Source of the DNA: Spirogloea muscicola
Taxonomy: Eukaryota
Assembly: GCA_009602725.1 (NCBI GenBank)
Contig: WELB01000009.1
Location: forward strand, 94,374 to 158,373
Direction: 5' to 3'
DNA length: 64,000 nt
The position numbers and the translations under genes are program-made. The notes beneath the pieces were generated by a model that saw only the letters and a list, made by a program, of their open reading frames with translations, was not told where the DNA came from and did no database searches. Below are positions 13,401 to 25,140 of this stretch, piece by piece. How positions within the stretch are numbered: the first letter of the stretch is position 1; each line of letters starts with the position of its first letter.

Positions 13401-14713
13401 TCCTGTGTGGATCAACAGCATGCAGATGATGTGTACTTGTCCTTGAAAGCTGCACTTAAGATGACGTCATTGCCGCTCCCTTCTACGTCTGGACCTCTCG
13501 AACAGATAACACCGCTGCCAGGAGCATGGCCATTGAAACCCGGCTCCGCTACACTCCCATTCTTTGGGGTGCAGGTAGAATCACTCAGATACAAAAGCAT
13601 GCATGCGCTCACCATCCTTTTCGTGGTTGCTTTGCGCAGAGCAATCATGCAGGGCTGTAGGAATGCATGGTCAAGTACACTGTGACAGTCTAAAGAGACC
13701 TGCCAAGAGCTTGCAGTGCTGGTCTTGAAAGTAGGTGCTCTTTCTGAATCCTCTCTTTTCTTGCCAAATTCCCGCTGGGTTTTTATCAGCCAACAATACT
13801 GGACGAAAATGGCAAGGAGCTAAATGGGGAAGCCAGCGGCTACCTTTGTATCAAGGCCTCCTGGCCAGGCGCCTTCAGGACGTTATACAAGGATCACGAC
13901 CGCTACGAGGCCGCGTACTTCTCCACCTTTCGGTCGTTCTACTTCTCCGGCGATGGCTGCCGCAGGTCTGCGATACTGCTGCTTTCTTGCAGGAAGATTG
14001 CTTGTCAAATAGCAGTGCTTCCAACTTGGAGAGGCATGACTACAACAATTCTGACATCTTGACGTGATTGTGTGCAGGGATGCTGACGGGTACTTTTGGT
14101 TAACGGGCCGTGTGGATGATGTCATCAATGTGAGCGGGCATCGCATTGGCACAGCGGAGGTGGAGTCGGCCCTTGTTTCACACCACCTGTGTACGGAGTC
14201 AGCGGTGGTTCCCTTTGATCACGAGGTATGACCATAATCTTTTCTACATGAGCATGTTAACTTGAAAAGGGGGAGCGGTCATGCTAAACGTGAGACACTG
14301 TGGATTCCAGATAAAAGGACAAGGCATCCATGCATTTGTGATTCTGCAAGAGGGAGCCCAATTTAGCGAGGATATCAGGCGTGAGCTTATATCTGCTGTA
14401 AGGAATCAGGTATCTTGGCTCCACTACACCTTGAAAGCTTCTCTGCTGGAGCCACGTGTTGTGATGATGGCATTGGTGCCATGAGGCTTGACTATAGGGC
14501 ACTGATGAACCAGTACTGGTGTTGCAGATAGGAGCGTTCGCTGCGCCGGACCGTGTCCAGTTAGCACCAGGATTGCCAAAAACACGCTCTGGCAAGATCA
14601 TGCGCCGAATATTGCGCAAGATTGCAGCTGGAGAGTCTGCTGAGTCACTTGGAGACACCACCACCTTGGCTGACCCCTCTGTAGTGAATCAGCTGTTGGA
14701 TTCTCGACCATGA
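10493..14713 (+). CDS. ACS: Acetyl-CoA synthetase with a probable plastid transit peptide, multi-exon
   Basis: Ala/Arg-rich N-terminus, then [110 protein letters not shown]. Stop TGA 14711-14713. The start exon contains an N. Confidence 0.95.
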
Positions 14714-15729
14714 CTAGCCAGTTGTTTCTCTTTGGTAGCAGTGCAGAAGTGTCCAGCAAAAGTACAAAAGCAGTGACTATCTCCGTGGACCCTCAAGTGC
14801 TTACCACACTCCGCACAAATCTTCCTTAATATGGTGTGAGCAACTCGCAGTCTTGATAGCCAGGGCATGTGCTTTATGCTGAACTAGCATGGTAAGCTCT
14901 AGGCAAACAATTGTGTCAAGCCTGCTCGCTGCTTGCAGAGCAGATCTTGTCGAAGCGTATCGTCAATGCAAACGTTTCCTTGTGAGAGAATAGTGGATGG
15001 CGGGAAGTAGGGGGGCCAAAAGTCACAACTTCATAGGGTATGCCATGTGCTGTTAGCTGGTCGCTGGACGTTGCTGGCTGTTGAGGGCAAGATGCAGGTG
15101 CAAGGAAGCTGTGGGCCAGTCCAGGGCAGGGGCAGCCTGGGGCCGGAGTGTCAAGGTTGGTTTGCTTAGCAAGAGCATTGTTATGCTGCGCGGATTCAAG
15201 AGCAATAATTCGTGGAGAATACAATCTGCATCCCAGTGTGCAGTAACCACAAGGGTGGCATAGTGTCTGTTGACTCCAGTTACACCTTTTGGATGAACCA
15301 CGGCTTGCAGACTGCACACTGAAGGACCATAGCTGATCTTCTACTCATGGGTTGAGGGAAGTTGCAGGTCCCAAGCATCCGAACATGAGACTATCACACT
15401 TACGGTGGTGTTATGAACCTATATCTAAATCTCATGCTCGCAAGTCTGTAATTCAACATAGCTTGCATGCTTTGAGTACAGAGGTGCTGAGTCCTTGCGC
15501 AAGGTCTGGACTAATTTTGTCAAGGAAAGGTCTGGCTGTTTGCTCAGTAGGCTACAGAAGGATCATCATGAGTTGGCAGATAGCATGTGGAACCTGGCCA
15601 CTGCTGATATGCAGCCGACGATACTTTGGACCGCGTGTGGGCTTTGACGTTGCACTGACAGACCAGTGAGTTCTGCATGCTGTACGAAACGCCGCGCGCT
15701 AACAAAGACCGGTAGACCTCGAGTACTCC

Positions 15730-16410
15730 ATCACAGATCGTTTAGCAACTTGACGTTAGGCATCCTCGATAAATTGTTCCTGCAGTGAGCCTCGAGTGGT
15801 GTAAACTGTGTGGGCTTTGCTAGCCTCGCAAGCACCCACAACAGGTCCCAGCGGCTTGGAGTGCAGAAGGGAGTGGCCACAGAGCTTGGCGACCGCTTCC
15901 CATCTTTGCCCGCACATAGTACTAGCATCTATGGCTCAATACGCCCCTCTGGAGGATGCTACAGGCGAGGCTTGGTCATTCCTTTTGCAGTATGATCGAC
16001 TGAAAGGTGACAATGTCCCTCACCACAGACCTATCACTCAGCTCGTCCGAAGAGACACCCTCGGCAGCCAGAAGAATGTGCTCGCCCAGAGAGAAGAGTG
16101 GCTGGCAGAGCCAGCCCAAAAAGAATGGACAAGATCCCAAGCCAAAGAAAGAGGAGCCAGAAACCTTGACCTTCAGATTCACGTCGTCTCTTCTTGGTCT
16201 GCATGCAGCTCCCTCCCACGTCAGGGAGTTGCTGCTAACAGGTCTTCTCTTTTGCTCGCAGCCTTTAGCCCCTTCTATACTAAGCTCTCTACCTTTATCT
16301 GCAGCAGCTTCGCCTTGGCTCCTTCAAGTGCCTGGCTCCTACCACAGTGTAGGGTGCACGGATGTCTCTCAAGATCTCTGACAGAAGAAGCTGATCACTC
16401 ACTGCAGCGT
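15730..16410 (+). mobile_element. Possible degraded hAT-type DNA transposase relic, interrupted by a LINE 3' tail (~16090-16170)
   Basis: CVGFAS..LGVQKGVATELGDRFPSL resembles the hAT GxSDGASxMxGxxxGVAxxL..P motif. LAPTTV*..MSLKISDRRS*SL resembles the hAT C-terminal dimerisation motif. Several stops and deletions. Confidence 0.35.
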
Positions 16411-17313
16411 AGCCTCAGGAAGCAGTGTCTTTGAGCTATCACCCGCACATATTTCGCTTAGATAGAATCTGATCAAAGCGTAGCGTTTGACAGTGTTTGC
16501 ATGCTGGCCGCTCACCACGCCTGCAAGCTCCAACCACGGCTGCGCTTCGTCTCTCTCTGCTCGCCTCTCTCTGCACCTTGTTTCACATTTGTGAGCTGAC
16601 AATCCATGCAGCTTCTTAGTGGAGCAGCGCATGAGCTGTAATGTGCAAACAACAGCTCAGCTGTGCTATCAAGACACATAAGGCTGAAAGCATGGATGCA
16701 TTTATTCGAGTTATAATTTTGAGTTGTCCAACCCTCAACATGATCTCTCTGAAGGCATTTCGTGAGCCATTTTGTGAGTGAATCAAGGCACTCACTCGAA
16801 CCTGTTTGCAGACGTGTCTATGCATTCCCAGACCCTATATCAGTTGACAATCAAGAGGAGCGGACTTCGTTCAACGGAGCATGGGCATTTCAGCTTACAG
16901 TTGGCATGCAGAAGCAAGCTAGTACTACTCTACGGCATTACAAGGTTTATATAAGGGGCTGGTCAAGGTTACAGCGCTAGCTCATAACATATACACCTAC
17001 CAGATCTTCACTTCACAGAGGACAAAGCCAAGTCACCACATGGACACACGTCTTATACCCGTCTCCAGTGACTAGCCATGAACTGCTCAAGATCCGACCT
17101 TCATGGATGTCTTGTAGGGTTTATGTAAGCACAGGTACCCCCCGGCTATTGTAGTGAGAGATGTTGCTTTCGCATGTCAGCCTCGTACACCTTCTAAGCT
17201 GATATGGCCCATCTCCGTTTTGTGCTAGTCAACATACATAGCATGTCAGTGAACAAGTAAAGGGCAGGCAATGCTTCTGCAGATTGGAGCACACACAAAT
17301 TGGGTAAGGTGTG

Positions 17314-20300
17314 CTATTGACTAATCAAGCGCAGTTGCTGAATTTCAGCTTCTTGTCCTAATGCAGAGTCATTGCAGTCACGAAGTCCAAGGGACTGCCT
17401 CATTCGCAGGATGTGCAAGGAGAAAGTGGATGTAGGAGTTCCTAAAAAGTGGTTGGCCATTGTGCAGATTATTTTCTCCACAGCGAGTTCTGCATGCATG
17501 CTACCCTCCAGTCCCGCCTGTACCCAAGACTCTGCATTCCAGAGAGAGTGCGTTCTATTCTCCAGCTTATATCTGCAGTGCCAACAGACATCCACCTACC
17601 AGTGAGAGGAGCTGCACTCTGTGAACTGCAATTTATGATCAATGTCGTTGCCAAGGTGCTAGGTGGTAAGCTAATGCATCAGCATGACAGTGGGCCCTTG
17701 TTATCAGCAGGGAGTCTTGCAATTGCTCAGAACAGCATGCAAATCTTCTCAGCTGTCAGGACTCTTTGGCTAAATCTGTGTCACAACGGGGATCTCAGAG
17801 AGTTGGTTGCTATGTAAGGAAAGTCATTCACCTAGGTGGTTCAGGAAGAGTCACAATAGTCAGCCCATGTCCTTTGTGAGAATACCTGGCTAACCTTGAC
17901 TTCAATAGAGACACTGCAAATCAATGGCCAGGCACATGAGATCTTTCCACGGGGTTAGTCCACACAACAGAGCTATATCTGACCAATATTGATTGCTCAT
18001 GAGCTGCCCACATTGAGCAAGTTTCTTGAAGCACAGCACTGCCAAGCTTGCATGGATGTGATCAAGCACTACAGCTCTCAGTCGGATTGTTGAGTGGATG
18101 TGACTGCTCAGGACCAACAATGTTGAGGAAGTGTGCTCACTCTCCAAAGGATGCGCGTTTGTTGCAACATATATAGTCGTCACACCCAGGGCTTGCACTT
18201 TCTAGTTGGAAGAGATCCAGCAAGCGCAATGCAACAAAAAGACGAGTGGTGAATGAGAACAATGATAAGGACAGCTTTCCTAATGTTCACAGCTCAGGGT
18301 TGTTTTAGAATTGCTGCAGCCATCTGCACACTTTGAAAAGAGTGAAAGCATGCAGCCATGATTGACTTGAAGAGCGGTGGACGCCACCAATAAATTGCCA
18401 CGCACCCCCAGCTAGTGAGAGGACAGATCTACTTTCTTAGACAATAACGAGTAGCCGAAATTAGCGAGATGTATTTAGCAAACCTCATTCAAATATTCAG
18501 CAATCTCGGCAATGGAGCGGTAACACCAGGCTTTATTCCCGCGTGAACAAAATCGCTGTGCACGGTAAAAGTCTCCACGCCGTATGTGAACAGCTATAAA
18601 TTGTCGACCTGCAAACAACCAGATGGTAAAATGTATTGTAAACCTTTGCTTGATTGACCTGGAGATAGTTGTGGAGAGAAAGGAGACGCAGGGCACCTGG
18701 GAGGCCTCCTATGATCGTCAAGGCAGTAGAAGACGAACAGGTTCACCTCCTATCCTTGTTATGTGAGCATGCTTGTGTGATCACGGAATGTACTTAGCAG
18801 GCCTGTCCCTAAGTAGAATATATCTGAGCCGAGGTGGACATGATCAGATCGCGGGAGAAGAGTCGCAACTCACCTAAGAACATTCTCACCAAAATTTTGG
18901 CCATGTCAATGATGGCCTGGTGCGGGCGCACAGGGAGCATGCATGAGCGGCGAAAGGGGCCATACGGCCGAGCATTGTAGAGACCGTCTTTGACTGAGAA
19001 TCCAAAGAGATCCCCCAAGCACAGCAATTGGGCCTCGGAAGCACCAAAAGTGGACTTAAACTGAGATGCAGTCAACTTCCTGCGTGTGATTGCCTTGCTG
19101 CCATCGGGTGGCCATACGAGATCCGGTCGTCCATGGGCAACGTCAGGTAATAAAGTGCAGTCGTGGGTATTCTGCCAAGGCCACGCCCACTTTGATGGCT
19201 AAGAAGTAGCATACTCATTAGTTTGCAAATGTGTAAGCAATCTTGTTGCTGACTTACTCTACTACAACTTGCGCAAGAGCAGAGCCTGTATGTGCATAAT
19301 GTCCCAATATCTGTGACTGTGCATAAGGACACTGGTTGTGCTGGTCAATTTAGATGCCTGGTCCAATCAGGTTGTGCTTTTTCTGCCTTACCTTCAGGCA
19401 CGTCACTTCGTGAATTGTAACAGTGCCATCCGGCTCCGGATGGCGAGCCTTGTATTCATCCATACTGATCACAGTATCCTTGCCGAAACATGCTTCACTG
19501 TGTTCCACATCCCAAAATACATCCCAACTCCAATTCCACTTTCCGTGGACCATGACTGTTTTCCTGCAATCAGCACCGGAACGAGGCAAGGGGTCCTTGT
19601 AATCCATTCAGCATCTTGTCTTTGACCATGCCTGAGGAATATAAGACCCTTGAATACAGCTCTTTGCACCTGAGAGGACTGGCTGGACTCCAAGTACACA
19701 CAGTTACTTACAAGCCTGTCCCGACAGATCCGGGCACGGAAGCAAGTCAATCTTCAACATTGCTAGGCGAGGACAGACGTGGAGTCAAGCAGCAGCTGCA
19801 CCTGTCCACGACCAAGGTACGGTTGAGGAGTCCAGCGGCAATGAGTTGACTCTCCATGCAGTCAATCTGGTTGCTGACTTCGCCAAAATAGCATGTCGCC
19901 AGCAGATACCTTCCAGGCTTCACGAAGTCGCAAGATGGACTAGATCAGAATCCTACGGCTAGCATTCCTGTCTTGTGTCCAGGACTGCATCTGCAAAAGC
20001 GGGCATAGATTCAATCTAACATGTTAAATAAATTGCAAGCTCTTGCCAGCTTGTTGATATGATGCCATGAGACCAGGTCCGTCAAGGCCCGCAAGTGGAG
20101 TTGCTGTGTGGCACAACAAGTGTTGCAGCAATCTCTGTGACAAGTGGCTATCTCATGCGCACTTTTAAGTAGATTTCTCTCAAGAACAGGCGGCTCAAGG
20201 GGGTCTTGTGCATCTTACGGAGGGAATCCAGGGCACTTCCTCCTCGGGCCTCAGTACCCTTTGCGGCATGCTGCTTCGCAGGACTGCAAAGGGACAGTTT

Positions 20301-21121
20301 CTGTAGATGTGCTTATTGACCATCTCTGCCATGCTCCTCCTGTCCAGGTGCTCCTGTGGCCCATCAATATGCTGCACTGCCTGTGTGATAGTATGACCAG
20401 CTTCCCCTTCGTGTTGAAGTCTGTCAACGCAAAGTGGAGAGGCTGCAGGCTGTCAGGATGCACACTCGCTGCTGGAACACGACTGACCAAACCAACAGTG
20501 GGGACAGACAGGGCAAACAACAGCCGGACCATGACTGTGCCGAGAGGTGTAAAGTCAGGCTGCACTTCTTGGAGCCAGCCTGGCTCAGGCTTGCAGCCTG
20601 ACGGCAGTCCTCCCACGTGACTTTTGGCACTACAGTCAAGGAGGCCTGGGAGGTCTCCGCGTTCACTTTTGGAGACGGTCACGATAAACCACGAGCTGGC
20701 AAGAAGCCATCTCTTGCTGGGCACTACGTTGCGCCTGGACCGTGGCCTTTGTGACTGTGGAGACATGACCTTGACAATTGTGCGAGCAAGCTAAGTCTCG
20801 CACACCTCAGGGACCACCTGGCCGAGCTTGAGCAGGTGCTTCAGCCACCTTTAGGAGTGTGCTGGCGCTCTGCGTCGACTCGCACCGACAAGGCATCAGT
20901 ACACGAGCTCCAGGCAACACTCACCGCATCGGGGGCCTCGGCGTCGACGAGTCTGGTGCGGCCGCCGGGGACTCGGGGAGGCAGCAGGTGAAGAGCAGCG
21001 CCAGCGTGGCCGCCGACGACCAGCAGCGAGCTCCTGCGGCCGTGCGGGGAAGGGAGCGAGGCCACGCCGCCGAGCGCCTGCCGCTGCATCCAGGAGTCGG
21101 AGGGATGCTGGCCTCCGCCAT
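17314..21121 (-). CDS. O-fucosyltransferase family protein (OFUT36/POFUT2-like), multi-exon
   Basis: YLLATCYFGEVSNQIDC, FIAVHIRRGDF..FCSRGNKAWCYRSIAEIA, TIYVATNA, EKIICTMANHFLGTPTSTFSLHILRMR..; stop at 17314-17316. The 5' exons (ATG 21121, GTGAGT donor) are less certain. Confidence 0.8.
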
Positions 21122-22279
21122 GGCCGCGACTCCGGCACATCACGTAGGCGCAGCTCGGGGCCTGCCGGCCGCCTCCATCCGCGCTTGCTGGTGGATGGCG
21201 GTGGCGCAGGGCCCCGGAGCGGCAGCGACGGTCGCCGGCCGCGAGAGNTGAGTTGAGCGCCAGAGGGAGGTGACGGTGGGGCGGCGCGGCCGGCACGGCC
21301 GGCGGGCCCGGGGCCCACTGGCGCGGCCGTGGGCGCGGGCCGTCTTTTTTGCGTGTACTTGTGCGGAAAGCAAACCCACAAGCGGCCGAGTACAACGGCA
21401 AGCACGTCTGGGCACGTACATTCATCACCATCACCCCGCTGCAACTCGGCCCTGCTCATCAGCCATAGAAGAAGTGGCACTCCCAGTGGGGCAAAGGGCT
21501 GCGACAAGCCAGCCCGGAAAGAATCGACAAAAGGTTTGGAGGGGCCTACAAGCGATCAGCAGCTACAAAGGGGGCCTGAAGATGCTCTGGCAGTACAGCC
21601 ATTCGGTCAGCCAACATGGAGAGTGGTCGAGAGAGAACAGCGCGGCCGAATTGACTGGTGGCTGGGAGAAGCCAGCCCGAAATGAAGAAGGCTCGCCCAT
21701 AGAGAAAGAGGGGCTGGCAAAGCCAGCCCAAAAGGAATGGACAAGGTCAAGAGGAGCCGAATGGCGCAGAAAGCAGGGGACTAAGTGCTAAAGAGAGAGA
21801 AGAGCCGCGCGGTGCGCAAAAGACGAGTGGGTCGACACTTCAAGCCCAGTACATTGTTCACGCATCACAGGCACCACCCCCTGCGAAGCGCGTACGGCCT
21901 GGCGGCCATCCACGCTGCCCCAGGTCGGCCCGCCTCTGCCCGGACCCCCAGGCAGGTGCCTGCCACAGCACTGCCGCCCATGCCATGCCGCCCCTCCCCG
22001 GTGCCACTGCCCCCACTCATGTTGTGCTCAACAGGGAATAGTGAGCAACCCAGGGCCACTTGAGTCGCTGTGTGCTTCAGCTCTTTCTGTCAATGTGGAA
22101 GAGCTGTTTCTCCCTTATCTGGCCCCTTCGAACCATGTCTTCCTTTCTTCTCTGGGCTAGCCAAACACAGCCATCGCCCCTCTACTAGTCTCACTCTCTC
22201 TCTTAGGTGACGTACATTTGTCAATGTGCTTGCCTTTGTACTTGACCACACATGGCCTCCCATATCTTAACACACACGC

Positions 22280-22283
<4 letters not shown>

Positions 22284-22335
<52 letters not shown>

Positions 22336-22336
22336 N

Positions 22337-22425
<89 letters not shown>
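22284..22425. repeat. (CT)n microsatellite
   Basis: Pure CT dinucleotide run containing one N. Confidence 0.98.
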
Positions 22426-22429
<4 letters not shown>

Positions 22430-23639
22430 CCTCCAATCCTTCTGTCATTTCTTTTCGGGCTGACTGTTCACAGCTGTACGTAGATCTGAGCTGCACGTAG
22501 ATCTAAGCTGCTCGCACTACCGCGTCAAGCTGCAGCCTGGTACTCCGGGTTGGTCAGAAAAGAACAAGGCATGCTCCGGAAGGGTGTCGAGGGAGTCAAT
22601 GACCCCGCTGCAAGAAAAGAAAACAAGGGGTTAGGTTGAAGTAAGCTGAGCCTATGGCCCCTCTGAATACGCGCAACATTCGTGATGGCGAGGCAAGGGC
22701 TGTGACCATGTCCAGGAAGGCCCCGTCTCCTGAACTTGCAAATTCTGCAGATGCATTCAGGACAGATTTTTGCGGGCCACCCGACACTTCGACCCACTGC
22801 TTACAAGGTCCTTACTGACGCAACCACCCAAGCACAGCCTCGCGCTGAAACCCACTCTCCGCCGTGAAATGAATGAATATTCCACACAAGCAATGTGACT
22901 TGGGGAAGTCCCTTTTCCTCTCCTAAGTGTATAGATGTCATAGTTTGCTGGAAATGAAAGTCTGGGTCTCCTCTAAAACTCGTCCACCACTTTCTGGACT
23001 GGCCTTCAGCAGCCACAGCCGCCTCTTGGAAAGAGCACTTTCCTAATCTGCACAAGGAAGCACTGATTTGCATGCCAAGGAGTTTGGAGCTGCTGAGTCA
23101 CCCCGACATTGGTGTCAACAGGCAGAATGTCAGGGCTTACTGCGCCTGCGCAGCATGTTGCCGGCAGCCGGTCTGACCTCAAGCTGTCATCTTTTGGCTG
23201 CTGAATCGGTGTCATTGTCAGGTCAGGGCTGCGCCGGCTTGACACTGTTCCTGCCCCAACCTTTGTGGCCATCCGTTGCAAACAATAGCTTTGCTGAGTG
23301 GTATGCGCATTCGTGTTGGAGCTTTTTCCTGAGCTTGTCCATCTTTTGGACTGCCGTTTCACAAACATCGCCTCCCTGTAGATGAGCTTTTCACTCGTGG
23401 AATACTCATTGGGGCCAAACTGCCTACGGCCCTTGCACCAATTGTGGAGAAGCTTGCTCGGACGCCACTTCGTAGCAGAAAGAAATTGCTCGCCCCACAG
23501 AGTGCAGGGGCTGGGAAAGGCCAGCCCAAAATGAAGGGTCGAGGTCCAAAGAGCCAGAAGGTGCTGGTAAAAGCAACAGCGCTGGTAAAAGAAACCAAAC
23601 AGCTAGACACGAGACGATCGCTGTGAGCCCGTGTCAGAA

Positions 23640-24050
23640 AGAAGACGCTTCAGGAGAGGGCGGTGGCTGGGAGAGGCCAGCCCATAAAAGGGAAAACGCT
23701 AAAACACACGCGGAATCAAATAGCTACGAAACACTCAGTTACCCCTACTGAGCAGCCACAGGTCGGAGAAACTAGTCTCCTGGTAGCGGGTCACCTGGCT
23801 AGGGCCAGAGGCTGCAGCGAGGGCACGACCGGCACGAAGATGCAGCGCGTGAGCCATGGACCGCTGCAGCGAGACGACCAAGCGCATGCGATACACCTGC
23901 GCTAGCGAGCCTGCTGCATGGAAATCCACCGGCTCCCCGAGGCTGCGGCGGCAGATAGCGATGCGTGAGAGCTTGTGGAGCAGCTCGAGCCACCGAGCGC
24001 CTAACGCACCGTGGGTGTCAGCTCCGCTCGTCTGGACGATGTCCAATTAC
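23640..24050 (-). mobile_element. RLE-type non-LTR retrotransposon fragment (end of endonuclease region plus 3' UTR)
   Basis: ADTHGALGARWLELLHKL..AQVYRMRLVVSLQRSMAHALHLRAGRALAAASG..SFSDLWLLSRGN*, followed by the shared tail. Confidence 0.7.
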
Positions 24051-24529
24051 CCTGTGACGTTCTCCCGAGCGGCCAACGCCTTCACGCAGGTCGCCAGGAC
24101 ATCGCCTTCTCCAGCTGTCGTCGTGGCGGTTTGCGCTGTGCGTGCACACCTGCTGCAAGCCTCTGTACGGCGGAGTTTGAAAGAAGGGTGTCTTCCAGAG
24201 GAGCAGGTCGGTATAGCAGGAGGCGGCAGGTGCCTAGCCTGCGAATCTTGTCTTTCCTGGCCCTTTGTCCTTCCATGATTAGAAAAGGCGCGCTGTGCGC
24301 GTGTCACGAGTCAGTTCTGTTTCGTGATTTTGCGGTTCCGGCACTTCCGGACCTTGTTCATTCGTTTTGGGCTGGCCTCTTACAGCCATCGCCTTACACT
24401 GAAGGGCTGTTCATCTGGCTGGCTTCTCATAGCCATTGCCTTTACTCGTACTTCTGAAATAGCTGACATATTGAAGGAATGCCTAACACAGCCAGCGACC
24501 CTTGTCTGTAGAGAATGTTTCGCTGTAGA

Positions 24530-25140
24530 GAATGGCCAAGCGGATTACTGACAAATGTACGCAACCTGCTGCGAAGTTGACCCGCTCAGTAACCACGAGT
24601 CAGCACATAGAGGTCGTTGACTGATGCCCGAATACCCGACGGCATCGACAAGCTCTTGTGCCTCCAGCTAAGGCTCGACCAGCTATCTGATGCAACACAT
24701 GAGCCTGAGCTCGCTGCAGACAGACTGGTACTCGACGTCGCAAAAACGACAAGTAGGCTGCCGGCATGCCCGTCTGGGCTGGAAGCATATCCTCACGTCA
24801 AGCATATCCCAGACTTGCGGTATTCTCTATGGAAGCTAGGACCCATGCAACCGAAAGTGTCAATGGCGGCTGGTAGGAGGTGATCACTGCAGGGGTAGTC
24901 AAAGTAGTGTAGGAGCTTTCTCTGCTCTGCACGTCCCACTACGTGGCCAGCAATGTGAGTTGGTGCTGAAATCTTGTACGCCTCTGTCACAACCACATCA
25001 ACCAAGGCCCGTGGGCCTCCGCCATTGTACACTCATAATGTCCAGGGTGCGACGGTGATGGCGTCCCTGAGAATCCGTGGAGATGGGCATTATATTGCTC
25101 ACTTCCACAATATCACGGTAGCCGGCGTCGCGCATCAAGT
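24530..25140 (-). mobile_element. Frameshifted restriction-like endonuclease domain of a CRE-like non-LTR retrotransposon
   Basis: Across frameshifts: LMRDAGYR..E..RRTLDI / ALVDVVVT..AEQRKLLHY..LLPAAIDTFGCMG / FLRRRVPVCLQRAQAHVLH..RALA / SVNDLYVLTRGY*. This is the order of the RxD..D..K..Y..P..ExFG..LQR motifs of RLE endonucleases. Confidence 0.75.

Noticed and set aside
22218..22500. SLSL/ERER repeat ORFs
   Set aside because: These are translations of a (CT)n microsatellite.
22560..23460. Degraded coding-like segment (possible LINE ORF1), with a faintly similar piece at ~43055-43200
   Set aside because: Multiple stops and frameshifts and no diagnostic motif I can support without a search.
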